Positions 12,560 to 49,300 of a stretch of DNA of 64,000 bases are shown in pieces (position 1 is the stretch's first letter; each line of letters opens with the position of its first letter). The translations under genes were made by a program, and so were the position numbers. Under the pieces are notes generated by a model. It had not been told where the DNA came from. It did not search any database and saw nothing but the letters and a program-made list of their open reading frames with translations. The stretch lies in the NCBI GenBank assembly GCA_002269645.1, contig NIVC01002998.1:1-64000 (forward strand), given 5' to 3'. Source of the stretch: Macrostomum lignano. Its lineage: Eukaryota.

Positions 12560-13440
12560 AAAGAAAGATTTAAAGAAAATGAACTTTTGTGACCCTGAAA
12601 AGGGCCGTTTTAAAGATAAATTTTTTAATTTGCTGCCGGAACAGGAGCAACAAAGGCACATAAAACGCAGGCACAACTAAGTGCTAGCGCCCCCTGCGAC
12701 GGAGTCCTCAGTGATGGCGCCCGTTTGTGGCTGGCGCCTTTTAATGCGCGCATTTTGAAAAAATTAATTTGGCAACGAATTCTAAATAAAAAGGTTTTAA
12801 ACAGCAGTAGTAGTGAATGCAAAATTAAATAAAGAGTTTTGGTGTGTTCAAATAAATAATTGAATGAATTAAAATTAACTTCCAAGGTCCCCAAAAAATG
12901 TGTGGTAGCCCTGAAAAGGACCGTTTTATACATATACTATTTTCTTTGCTCTGTCAGAACGGAACAAGGCAGGCACAAAGAACACACGCTAAAATAATGT
13001 TTGCTGCGCACATTAGTGCTAGCGCCCCTAGCGATGGCGCTCGATTGTTGGTGGCTGGCGCCCTCTAGTGCGCGCGTTAATTTTAGCAAATAGTTTATTT
13101 AGTAGCAAATCCTAAACAGCAAGGTTCTAACTAAACATTAGTAGTAGAGCAAATGCAAAATTTAAAGTTTAAAAATAGTTCAACGCGTTGGTTGAAAAAT
13201 AAATTAAAAAGAATTCCCCTGGTCGCCATGCAAGTAGTGTGCTGGACCTGAAAAGGGCCGTTTTAAGTATTTACTTCTTACTTTGCTTGGCCAGAACAGG
13301 GTAATGCAGGCACATTAAAAAATACACACGAAAAGAGTTTTGAAGTGCTCGAATTAAATGACGTAAAATTAATTCTCAAAGTCCCCCTAAAGTAAGCTTT
13401 GTGCTGGCCCTGAAAAATGCCGTTTTGAAGATTTACTATT
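12560..13440 (+). repeat. Degenerate ~165/330-bp tandem repeat family, block 2
   Basis: cctgaaaa(gggc)cgtttt at 12594, 12910, 13247 and 13409. Confidence 0.7.
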
Positions 13441-13559
13441 TGAAGATTCAGATCGAAATCATTAACGATAGACCATAGACAGAATAGACACTATTCTCCT
13501 TTTCCTCGACCCCCTTACCCATCAGTTTACCCTCTCCACCCTTCAGTCTACCCCCTCTC

Positions 13560-14010
13560 CCTTCACTTTACCCCTCCTCCCTCCACTCTATCCACCCTCT
13601 CTCCATTCACTCTACCCCTTTCCCTTCACTCTACCCCTCTCCCTTCACTCTACCCCTTCTCCCTTCACTCTACCCCTCTCCCTTCACTCTACCCCTTCTC
13701 CCTTCACTCTACCCCTTCTCCCTTCACTCTACCCCTTCTCCCTTCACTCTACCCCTCTCCCTTCACTCTACCCCTTCTCCCTTCACTCTACCCCTTCTCC
13801 CTTCACTCTACCCCTCTCCCTTCACTCTACCCCTCTCCCTTCACTCTACCCCTCTCCCTTCACTCTACCCCTCTCCCTTCACTTTACCCCCTTCTCCCTT
13901 CACTCTACCCCTCTCCCTTCTCACATAACCCCCTTCTCCCTTCACTTTACCCCTTCTCCCTTCACTTTACCCCCTTCTCCCTTCACTCTACCCCCTCTTC
14001 CTTCACTCTA
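13560..14010. repeat. 19/20-bp CT-rich minisatellite (cttcactctacccc(t)tctcc)n
   Basis: Tandem units related to the 8612-8930 array. Confidence 0.95.
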
Positions 14011-14754
14011 CTGGAGTGGCGGATCTACATGTAGAATTTCATTTTGGGGCGGGGGGCGGTCCAAGTGAGTATGAGGTGCTCCAATTTTTAAGCTAGGGGC
14101 GCAAATAAGCGTGTAGCTAGGGGAGGGGGCAAAAAATCACGATTAGGGGCGCAAGCTTAGGTTTTTGGGAGCTCAATATGTTCTATCAAAGTATTTCCAT
14201 GGGCGAAGAGAATGTTAGAGGGGGGATGGGAGAGGCACTGCAAGCAGCTGCACTCATGGTGGAGACGACGAAGATGGAGCGCAGATTCTGAAGATCTTGT
14301 CGATCTGCAAAGCCAACCAGAGCTTTTGTGAACGCTGTCTCGGAGGACCGACATGACGCAGTGTCGATCGAGTCGCTCTGATCTAGTGGGTCGCCACTAA
14401 CTGGAGGAATTGGTGGCGGGCGTTGGCGCTCTCAGGAGTCTCCACACGGAGCCGGAGGTGCATGTAGATGAAGATCGGGCGTCAGCGAGGCGTACCTTGA
14501 AGCATTTTTATTGCTGGTATTTTATAGATTGGACTAGCAATCTAGTTGCCCCTCTTTTGGGGGCGCCCAATGAGGAAGGACCAAATTAAAAAAATCCATT
14601 AAAAAAGCACATTTTCTTCGGAACCTTATTCGTGTAAAATTGTCACGGACAAAAATGTTCTCTATGAATCTCTTTTTTTCTAAAATTAACAAAAGTACAC
14701 AACAAAATAAAGACTTCGCAAAGATAACAGGCATTCCCACTGAATAAAAAGTAT

Positions 14755-15029
14755 CCCCAAAACAGCAAGCATCCCCCAGAAAGCAAGCATCCCCCAGAAA
14801 GTAAGCATCCCCCAGAAAGCAAGCATCCCCCCAGAAAGCAAGCATCCCGCAGATAACAAGCATCCTCCAGATAGAGGCCAAGGCTAAGGCCAAGGCTAAG
14901 GCCAAGGCTAAGGCCAAGGCTAAGGCCAAGGCTAAGGCCAAGGCTAAGGCCAAGGCTAAGGCCAAGGCTAAGGCCAAGGCTAAGGCCAAGGCTAAGGCCA
15001 AGGCTAAGGCCAAGGCTAAGGCCAAGGCT
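14755..15029. repeat. 18-bp (cccccagaaagcaagcat)n followed by 12-bp (ggccaaggctaa)n arrays
   Basis: Direct tandem units; these are the source of the (LA)n and (LSLG)n pseudo-ORFs. Confidence 0.95.
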
Positions 15030-15577
15030 GAGAACGCTTAATTCACTGTAAGTCAAGCGCTACTTTAACAAATAGACTTACCAAGAAACTGTAATTAAAA
15101 CTTTAAGTGTCCTACTAAGGTGTCTAAACCGAGCCATTGGTGTCATATTTGATCCTCAGCCATCGAATACCGAATGTACCCGAGCATGTGGCCGTCGCAA
15201 ACAGTGGTGCAACGATAAGAAAGGCAAAGCTTCTGATGGCAGCAAACAGACAGCAGTTAACTATGATAGCCACCAAGCTGATCCAGAGGCAAAGGTGAAA
15301 AATCAAATATAATCTCTTGTCTCGGAGCGACATTGTCTCCACAATGCTTGATTTAATACATGGGTTTGCTGTGGAAAATGAAAGTAGGTGAACCATTCTA
15401 ACAGACAGTTTTAATGTCTTCTTGTCTAGTTTTTTTAGTTTCTTTGACAGCTCCATTGCATAAAACAAAACTCCATTGCATGCATGTAGTTAATTTTTTT
15501 GATAAATCGCAATTGCGCGCTTCAAACACAGCTCGAAAAAAGCATTTGTCGATCGAGACCTACATGTACGAATTCAT

Positions 15578-16290
15578 GCAGTGGCGTCGCCATATGGGTT
15601 TGGCGGGGGTGACAACGCCAAGAATTCTATATGTACCTACAACTAAATTCCCATGTACATTATTTTAAGAAACTGCTCATTTTAGCGTCGCAGGCCCTAG
15701 CACCGCAGGCACTCATTTTAGCGCCGCAGGCACTCATTTTAGCGCCGCAGGCACTCATTTTAGCGCCGCAGGCACTCATTTTAGCGCCGCAGGCACTCAT
15801 TTTGGCACCGCAGGCACTCATTTTAGCGCCGCAGGCACTCATTTTGGCACCGCAGGCCCTCATTTTGGCACCGCAGGCACTCATTTTAGCGTCGCAGGCA
15901 CTCATTTTAGCGTCGCAGGCACTCATTTTAGCGCCGCAGGCACTCATTTTAGCGCCGCAGGCACTCATTTTGGCACCGCAGGCCCTCATTTTGGCACCGC
16001 AGGCACTCATTTTAGCGCCGCAGGCACTCATTTTAGAGCCGCAGGCACTTATTTTAGCGCCACAGGCACTCATTTTTGCGCCGCAGGCACTCATTTTAGC
16101 GCCGCAGGCACTCATATTTTAGCGCCGCAGGCACTCATTTTGGTGCCACAAGCGTTATATTTTGTCGCTCTGAAGCAAAATTATTGATTTTCATAACGGG
16201 TCGCAAGCTATAAGGTGCAGGGGTGGGGGGGGCAAAGCATTAGCATATGTCTCCCCCATAGCTTGTTACTGGGCGGACATGTCCCCTGTC
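15578..16290 (+). mobile_element. Minisatellite-carrying MITE-like element, copy 4
   Basis: Head cagtggcgtcgccat..gggggtgacaacgccaagaattctatatgtac, then about 22 units of (gcaggcactcattttagcgcc) at ~15675-16150. Confidence 0.75.
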
Positions 16291-18804
16291 CTCAGCCCGC
16301 GGTGATCATACGCTATATAGCAACTCAGATTGAGCTTTATTAATGAAACCAATTTAATTAAGCCTAAGGTGCAAACGAAAGTTACTTGCCAAAATTCCAA
16401 CAATTCACCTCATCTGAAAACAGGCAGTAAGGTTCATTATTGGTCGCGACAATGGACAATAAAGTAAGTCAGTTTGAGCTTATATAGGAAGAGCAGTTGA
16501 CCTTGCGATCGTCTTAATTGGGCCGTTTCATAACTCCAGTCGTTATCAATTCGTTTTCCTAGCTCATATTGTTGCTGATTTGTAGGTTGACAGAGCGATT
16601 GTAAGCCTAATTTTAGCAGAAATGAACAGACTAAGTTATGAGAGGAAGATGCCGTTATGAATAAAGAGAGCTCGTAGCCCTCTCTGACTTACAAAATCTC
16701 AACTCTGATGAATAAATGGAGCTGTGACTTCTAAGCAACAACCCTCTGGAGAATTTCTTATTCCCAAAGAAAGACAAGTTTATTGAGGCAATTCCATCTT
16801 AATTCATGTGTGTTCTTCAGGCTGTAGTCTTTGTCTTCAGTTTAGTATAGGACTGATCGCTAGTTCTGAGTCTCTGTGCATGTACATTAGAACCTGGCTT
16901 TGAGTCCTATAAGGCTAATTTTATATTTATACTGTGTGACAGTGTGATTCGTAGTGTATCGTATTTCTTTATTTTCATATGCATACCGTATTCTTTCATT
17001 TATTTTAACAATATTCGTACGTATTATTATCGCGCTATTTTTACTGTTAATTGCTTTGTTTTTGTAGCCTCGTATGTATTTATTCTATTATTTGTATTTC
17101 ATTCATATCGTTATTATTTCTCGTAAAGTAAGTTCTACTTATGTACATGTACTGACGTATGTTATTCTTGCATGATATATTTATCGATTAATTTGTACAT
17201 GTACATTGCGCGCCGCGTGGGGGTTGTTTGTCTGGGTTTTGGATTAAGGGTGTTGTTGTTATCTGTTTACCTTTAAATATATGCTTACACTACAGTCAGC
17301 AGCCGCTCTCGCCCTTCCCCTTGCTTCGCTTCTAGACCTAGGCTCGCTAACCCTTAGCTGTGACGCTGTCTGGCCTCCTTACACCAACTCTTCCGCCGTC
17401 TACCTTGGCCCACCAATTAGTTAATTAACTGATCCAGCAATTTTAAGTAGCACTAGCAAAAGTCTAAGGGTTGAAGCGGCTTGCCGATCAGCTAACTAAT
17501 CGTGAACTATCTAAATTAACCGCTACACAAAACCGTCTTATTCGCCTTATTCGTCACAACTGACTTTGAGCTGCTGTCCAAATTCAGAGAAAATTTAATT
17601 CTCAGACTTGAGCAACTTCAACTTGCACCGCACCATCTCAGAGTTTGAGGCGGAATTGTATGTACTCGCCATCCCACACTAATGACTGTGTAGGTCGCGC
17701 GTTAAAGTGCGCCACGGCGCGGGCTGCGCGCGACAGCTTTTGCATGGCACGTGTGATCGAACCGCGCCCCTGCCACCCCTGCAGCCCATGGCATGAGGAC
17801 AGTAAAATGATGGAGGAGATAGCTAAAAACTTTCTCTCCCCGTAAAGCTAAATAAACTTGCACATCGGCCGGAGAGACTCCACCGATTTTTACGCTACGG
17901 GCCTAAGCTCGACCGTAGGCTCGTGCATGGCTACGGAAAAATGTAGCCCGCGAGCATTGAAATTGTTCCATTGATATCGTAGAGTCGTATGTTCCATTTC
18001 AGTGTTCCATTGCTGTCGTAGAGAGAAGGTAGTGGATAGCCAACAACAAAAATATTCGCTACACTTTTCCACACGGTCTATTAACGCCCCAAAGGTTTAC
18101 GTTTAAGGACCACTGTATAGAGCAGTAGTCAGTAGAGCATAGCTGCTGCTATATATAGCATAGGCCCCTAGCATACATACAGATTGGTCAATAGTTTAAC
18201 TTAGATGCCTGCAAAAAGCTATATAAAACGTTTCTGGATATCCCCGTGTAATTTTATTTTGTGATTTTTCTTTTTAGTTGCAAAACTTTTTAGTTGTTGC
18301 TTTCAGTTGTTAAAACTAAAAGTAATAAGACAGAAAAGTAACAGAAAAAATTATCGCACATAAAGAAGTCAGAAAGAAGCTGAGAAGCTAAAAGGAACAT
18401 GTGATTTAGGTTACTTGACGACGAGGCCTCAGTCCACATAAACACGAACATTTATTTCTCAAAGTTAAGGATCCTGACCAGTCATAGCTTATATAGTTAA
18501 AAAGACTTTGTTTTAAATGAAAAAATGCAGGCGCAAATCCAAAAATCACGAAGTGCCGAGTTATTTTCTTTTTAAAGCAAATTTCAAGAGCTTAACTAAT
18601 TATTTTAGATAAATTCAAAAAGCGGCAGATAAAATGACAACTTAGAAAATATAAAAAATATAATCATTTTAGTTGCATAACTTTTAATCGTTTCGTCACT
18701 TACAAGTTACAAGCTATAATAGGTTTATAATTAATAATAATTAATTACCAAATTAGGCCTCTTTTTATTTGGCTTGCAATCATAATGAGGCTTTCACCTT
18801 TGCA

Positions 18805-43197
<24,393 letters not shown>

Positions 43198-43369
43198 AAC
43201 GAGAACAGTCGTTAGTCTATCGATATTCTATAGGTTATTTATTGCATGTCAGTTAACATAATTTATCGTAATTCCTGTCTGTGATGGTTAATTTTTTGTA
43301 AATGTTTGAAAATTACTTATAGTAAATTTTAGGATAGAATTTGTTTCAAATGTAGCTTGTGTGATTATC

Positions 43370-43860
43370 TAAGTAATGGCCATGGGAGGCTAAAGAGGGT
43401 GATTATCTAAGTGATAAGAGGGTAAAGAGGGTAATTATCCAAGTGATGGGAGGGTAAAGAGGGTGATTATCTAAGTGATGGGAGGGTAAGGAGGGTGATT
43501 ATCCAAGGGATAGGAGGGAAAGAGGGTGATTATCTAAATTATGAGAGGGTAAAGAGGGTGATTATCTAAATTATGAGAGGGTAAGGAGGGTGTGATTATC
43601 TAAATTATGAGAGGGTAAGGAGGGTAGTTATCTAAATGATAGGTGGGTAAAGAGGGTGATTATCTAAGTGATGGGAGGGTAAGGAGGGTGATTATCCAAG
43701 TGATAGGAGGGTAAAGAGGGTGGTTATTTAAATGATAGGAGGGTAACGAGGTGATTATCTAAATTATGGGGGGGTAAAGAGGGTAGTTATCTAAGTGACA
43801 GGAGGGTGAAGAGGGTGACTATCTGAGTGACGGGAGGGTAAAGAGAGTGATTTTCTCAGT
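43370..43860. repeat. 32-bp minisatellite (gagggtaaagagggtgattatctaagtgatgg)n
   Basis: Degenerate tandem units downstream of the flippase stop codon. Confidence 0.9.
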
Positions 43861-45087
43861 TTAATTGCAGTCTTTAAATACTTCTTAGTAACCAGAAATA
43901 TTTGCATCCTTTCTCCAGAATGCGAGGTTATGTTTTCACTTTTGGGTATTAGATTTTTTTGGTACAATATCCGTCGTTAATTCAATCTGCAATTGTGTTA
44001 CAGGTAGTTCACTGTTTGCGTAGTTTCCATGCGTAAAAAAAAACTTAAAAAGTTGGCATTGGAAAGTCAGGCATTGTTCATTCAGTGACTCATTTTAGGC
44101 ATTAAATTCAATTCATTGAAAGTTAATACTATCATTTTGCTGTCATTCAGACTTTAACCGTTGTTTGTTAAAGATTGATCTAGTTTGCTGCATAGCCAGT
44201 CAATGGCAGGACCGTTTCGTTAGTAAAAGCTCTGCTATGGAGAATTTTTTTACGGATTTCCTAATGTAATATGAGTAATGTGTGTCTGCTGGCTTGTCTG
44301 TGTGTCTGTCTGTCTGTCTGTCTGTCTAACTGTCTGTCTGTCTGTCTGTCTGTCTCTCTGTCTATCTTCCTGTCTTTCTGTCTGTCTGTCTGTCTGACTG
44401 TATGTCTGACAGCCTGTCTGAAGTATACAAATCGATATTCTCACTTTAAAATATATATGTCTACTACTTTACTTACAGTAGTGCTTCTCTACATTGACTG
44501 CTTTGCTACCTTTTTGTTTGTTTTTTCCACTTAAGTCTCTTCTAGGCTGCACAGGCACGTCAGAATATTGTTTTCTAATTTCTTCAAGAAGATGAAAATA
44601 ACGGAAAGATCGCATCTATGCTACTAATGCAAGCAAACAAATTTTCATTTGTAAGCAGCTTATTTCGCTTGCTTAACATTTCTGCCATTTTTATTCAATT
44701 TAGTTTTTTTCTAAGCTTGATAAATAAATATTTCTTATTCACATAACTGCCTCGTCTGTGCACCCGCTTGACTGGCCTATTTAGATAGTGAATTTATTTC
44801 CTCTAACGAATTTGAAATTCAATGTTGGCATGCTTTTTTTAATATTTTGCTGTGTGCTTTTTTCAATTCAATTTTTTGTTTTTTTTACTGTCTCACGTCA
44901 CTAAATTGTTATCTGTCTTCTGCTTCTAAAAATCCTTGTCAAGAAATATTGCTGCAAATTCTTCTAGAAGGAACCAAAAACGGAACTAAGAATTCAATAA
45001 ATCAAAGAATTTCACTGCGTTTCATTATTTACTGCCTATAAAAAATTTGAATGGCTGCCATTTTTATGTTTTTTTATTTGGTTCCCA

Positions 45088-45139
45088 GATAGATAGATAG
45101 ATAGATAGATAGATCGATAGATAGATAGATAGATAGATG

Positions 45140-45174
<35 letters not shown>

Positions 45175-45301
45175 CGATAGATAGATAGATAGATAGATAG
45201 ATAGACAGATAGATAGATAGACAGATAGACAGATAGATAGATAGACAGATAGTAGATAGATAGATAGATAGACAGATAGATAGATAGATAGATAGATAGA
45301 C

Positions 45302-45332
<31 letters not shown>

Positions 45333-45388
45333 CAGATAGTAGATAGATAGATAGATAGACAGATAGATAGATAGATAGATGGATAGAC

Positions 45389-45419
<31 letters not shown>

Positions 45420-45661
45420 CAGATAGTAGATAGATAGATAGATAGACAGATAGATAGATAGACAGATAGATAGACAGATAGTAGATAGATAGATAGATAG
45501 ACAGATAGTAGATAGATAGATAGATAGACAGATAGTAGATAGATAGATAGATAGATAGATAGACAGATAGTAGATAGATAGATAGATAGATAGATAGACA
45601 GATAGTAGATAGATAGATAGATAGACAGATAGTAGATAGATAGATAGATAGATAGACAGAC

Positions 45662-45692
<31 letters not shown>

Positions 45693-45845
45693 CAGATAGT
45701 AGATAGATAGATAGATAGACAGATAGATAGATAGACAGATAGATAGATAGATAGATAGATAGACAGATAGTAGATAGATAGATAGATAGATAGATAGACA
45801 GATAGATAGATAGACAGATAGATAGATAGACAGATAGATAGATAC
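45088..45845. repeat. (gata/gaca)n microsatellite
   Basis: Tetranucleotide run. Confidence 0.97.
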
Positions 45846-46332
45846 TATATGAGATTTGGTGACCTTCTGGCCCAGGGCGCACACAGACCCAAAGCATAGT
45901 ATCGCAATCACAGCTGAAAGTGGAATGCGTGTCGCAGTTCTAAAAGTGCCAGCAGTCCGCAGTTCAGGGCTCACTAAAGTCGCACGTGCACACAAAGCGC
46001 CAAAAAGAGCTGGCTTCAAAACACTGGCTACTTGTTCATTCAATGACGTTTCAAATCTAGATAGCTGTTTTTATGAAAGTTCAGTAGCAGTGAAATTTCT
46101 TATCAAGATTCTGTCAGGCGCTTTTAAGCAATATAAAAAAGCTAAACTACCAGGTGAAAGGAGACCGGTGAATCTGTTGAAGAATTTTCATAACTCCACT
46201 GGCTAGAAACAGTCGCCAAGTTGTTAAAGATTGAAGCCCTATCAATGATAGTTAATGGGAAGAGTTCGTTTGTGACTTTGAGTAGAGCAATAATTGTTAG
46301 TAATTGTACGAGTTTTTACGGCCGCTTAAGAA

Positions 46333-49300
46333 ATGAGCTCATGCTCAGACTGGAGAAATATTCGACTGGCAGCCTTGCTTCTAGCACTGCTGGGTTGCGT
46401 CGTGTTTACTGCCTCTATGGCTGGATTCAACTACAGGTGGCATGCGAGTAACACGGATGAAGATGGGAGTCTGCACAACTCAGCTTTCGGTGGCCAAAGT
46501 GAGTTAATTGCATCTGGTGCTTGGTATGGGTTTGAATGTGGCTCGATAGGAGTACATGTCTAACAAGTGCATGTAGGGGTGTCCGTGTCTTACAGGTAGG
46601 GGTGTCCGTGTCTAACAGGTAGGGATGTCCGTGTCTAACAGATAGGGGTGTCCGTGTCTAACGGGTAGGGATGTCCGCGTGTCTAACAGGTAGGGGTGTC
46701 CGTGTCTAACAGGTAGGGGTGTCCGTGTCTTACAGGTAGGGGTGTCCGTGTCTAACAGGTAGGGGTGTCCGTGTCTAACAGGTAGGGGTGTCCGTGTCTA
46801 ACAGGTAGGGGTGTCCGTGCCTAACAGGTAGGGGGCGTCTGTGTCAAACAGGTAGGGGTGTCCGTGTCTAACGGGTAGGGGTGTCCGTTGTCTAACGGGT
46901 AGGGGTGTCCGTGTCTAACAGGTAGGGGTGTCCGTGTCTTACAGGTAGGGGTGTCCGTGTCTTACAGGTAGGGGTGTCCGTGTCTAACAGGTAGGGGGGT
47001 CCGTGTCTAACAGGTAGGGGTGTCCGTGCCTAACAGGTAGGGGTGTCCGTGTCTTACAGGTAGGGGTGTCCGTGTCTAACAGGTAGGGGTGTCCGTGTCT
47101 AACAGGTAGGGGTGTCCGTATCTAACGAATGCGACTTTCAAGCAACCTGTAAAGCCATCCCAAGTCGCCTGGGCTGCAGGTGAAACATCCGCGGTGCATC
47201 CGGGCAATGCAATCGCCGATCCCATGCAAGCCATCAATAGCTCCGAAAGCTGTACACCGCGCACTGTGGAGGCCTACCCGCCAGACCTGTTCACTTTAGC
47301 GCAGAAGCAGAGCGGCGCCATTCTCATTCACGCTTTTGTATCGGCTTGGCTGTTTGTTGCTTTGGCGATCGTGTGCGACAATTATTTTTTGGCTTCGCTG
47401 GAAGTTGTTTGCGAAAGTGAGTGTTGGCACAGGTGCTCAACTGGGTTGTCACAGGTGCTCAACTGGGTTGTCGCATGTTCTCAACTGGGTTGTCACATTT
47501 TCTCAACTGGGTTGTCACATTTTCTCAACTGGGTTGTCACATTTTCTCAACTGGGTTGTCACATTTTCTCAACTGGGTTGTCACAGCTGCTCAACTGGGT
47601 TGTCACATGTTCTCAACTGGGTTGTCACAGGTGCTCAACTGGGTTGTCGCATGTTCTCAACTGGGTTGTCACATTTTCTCAACTGGGTTGTCACATTTTC
47701 TCAACTGGGTTGTCACATTTTCTCAACTGGGTTGTCACATTTTCTCAACTGGGTTGTCACAGGTGCTCAACTGGGTTGTCACAGCTGCTCAACTGGGTTG
47801 TCACAGGTGCTCAACTGGGTTGTCACATGTTCTCAACTGGGTTGTCACAGGTGCTCAACTGTGTTGTCACAGGTGCTTAACTGTGTTGTCACAGGTGCTC
47901 AACTGTGTTGTCACATGTGCTCAACTGGGTTGTCACAGGTGCTCAACTGGGGTGTTACTGGTGCTCAGGTACCTGTACCTGGATGTGCCTGCACCTGTCC
48001 AACCCTAACCTTGATCTTGTCAATCACCTGCCATTTCGATCGCAGAGCTTCACCTGAAGCCGGACGTCGCCGGCGCCACCTTCATGGCTGCTGGCAGCTC
48101 AGCACCGGAGATGCTGGCTTCAGTCATTGGCGTCTTCATCGCCCAGAGCGACGTCGGTGTGAGCACCATAGTGGGCAGCGCCATCTTCAACAACCTGATG
48201 ATTGTCAGTCTGTGCGGCTTGGCCGCCACCAGCGCTGTCTACCTGTCCTGGTGGCCGCTGTTTCGAGACTGCGGCTTCTACTGCATAAGTGTTGCCGCTA
48301 TGATTGCTGTGATCTTCGACGGGATTGTCAACTGGTGAGCTTCATTTTCTTGCATTTTGTTTGTTTGAAAGAACTGCTGCTATTACAGTACGTGCCTGCC
48401 TGGCGATTAAAATGAATGGGAAGGGGGCCATGGCGTTTCATTCACGATATACTCGTAACCTCCCTCCAGAAGCTGCGCCTTGAAACCAAAGAAACTACAG
48501 GTAGATGCTAATAATAGTATAAAAATAATTGATTACACCTGCCCTAATAAGCAGATGTGCAACCGACAGCTCAGCCGCAGCTATTGCACATCTGAAGGCT
48601 GCTTACGGCTGTTCAGTCCAAGGACTGGGGGGGGGGGGTCGCCACACACAGCCTCAGTTACCCCAGCTAATGCTGGCACCCATTATACAGCAGCAATGCA
48701 GAGTTAAGTGTCTTATTCAAGGACACAAATTGTTCTGGTGGGATCGAACCCCCCGACCTTCAAGTCGTGAGTTCGACGCTCTAACCACTAGGCTAAAACC
48801 TCTTCCACACTATTGTCACACTCTCCCGGTCACACTCCCTGTTACACTCTCCCTGTCACCCTCTTTGTCACACTCTCCCTGTCACACTCCCTGTCACACT
48901 CCCTGTCACACTCCTTGTCACACTCCCTGTCACACTCCCTGTCACACTCCCTGTCACACTCCTTGTCACACCCCCTGTCACACTCCTTGTCACACTCCCT
49001 GTCTTACTTGACTTACTTGACTTGGCTGCAGGGCTGTCCCGGGGGGACACAGCGGGAAGGCGCGAGCGCCCATTCCGCTAATCCCTGAACGGCCGATGCG
49101 TCGCTATGGACGAAGGGTTGGCGCCGCCCAGGGAGGTCCCCCAGTGTCGCCAGCAGCTATAGTGCTCTCTGGAAAAGTGAGTTCAGCCCTGCGGGTGGCC
49201 CGGAGGTTGCGCATGAGCTGATTAAAGTTTTCAAGTACTCTCCCTGTCACTCTCCCCTTGTCACACTCCCTGTCACACTCTCCCAGTCCCAGTACACGCC

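Noticed and set aside
14157-14500. GC-rich minus-strand segment with a Pro/Ser-rich frame interrupted by one TGA
   Set aside because: No phase-compatible splice link to the 15124-15333 ORF and no recognisable homology.
14534-16122. (LA)n, (LSLG)n, APQALIL and MSACGAK repeat ORFs (also 4751-4993, 11910-12231)
   Set aside because: Products of stop-free 12-bp and 21-bp tandem repeats.
16935-17400. Possible solo LTR (TG...CA, T-rich then promoter-like)
   Set aside because: No matching 4-6-bp TSD, PBS or PPT found.
45036-46206. ORFs spanning or adjoining the (gata)n tract
   Set aside because: Mostly microsatellite translation; the unique part shows no domain or exon support.
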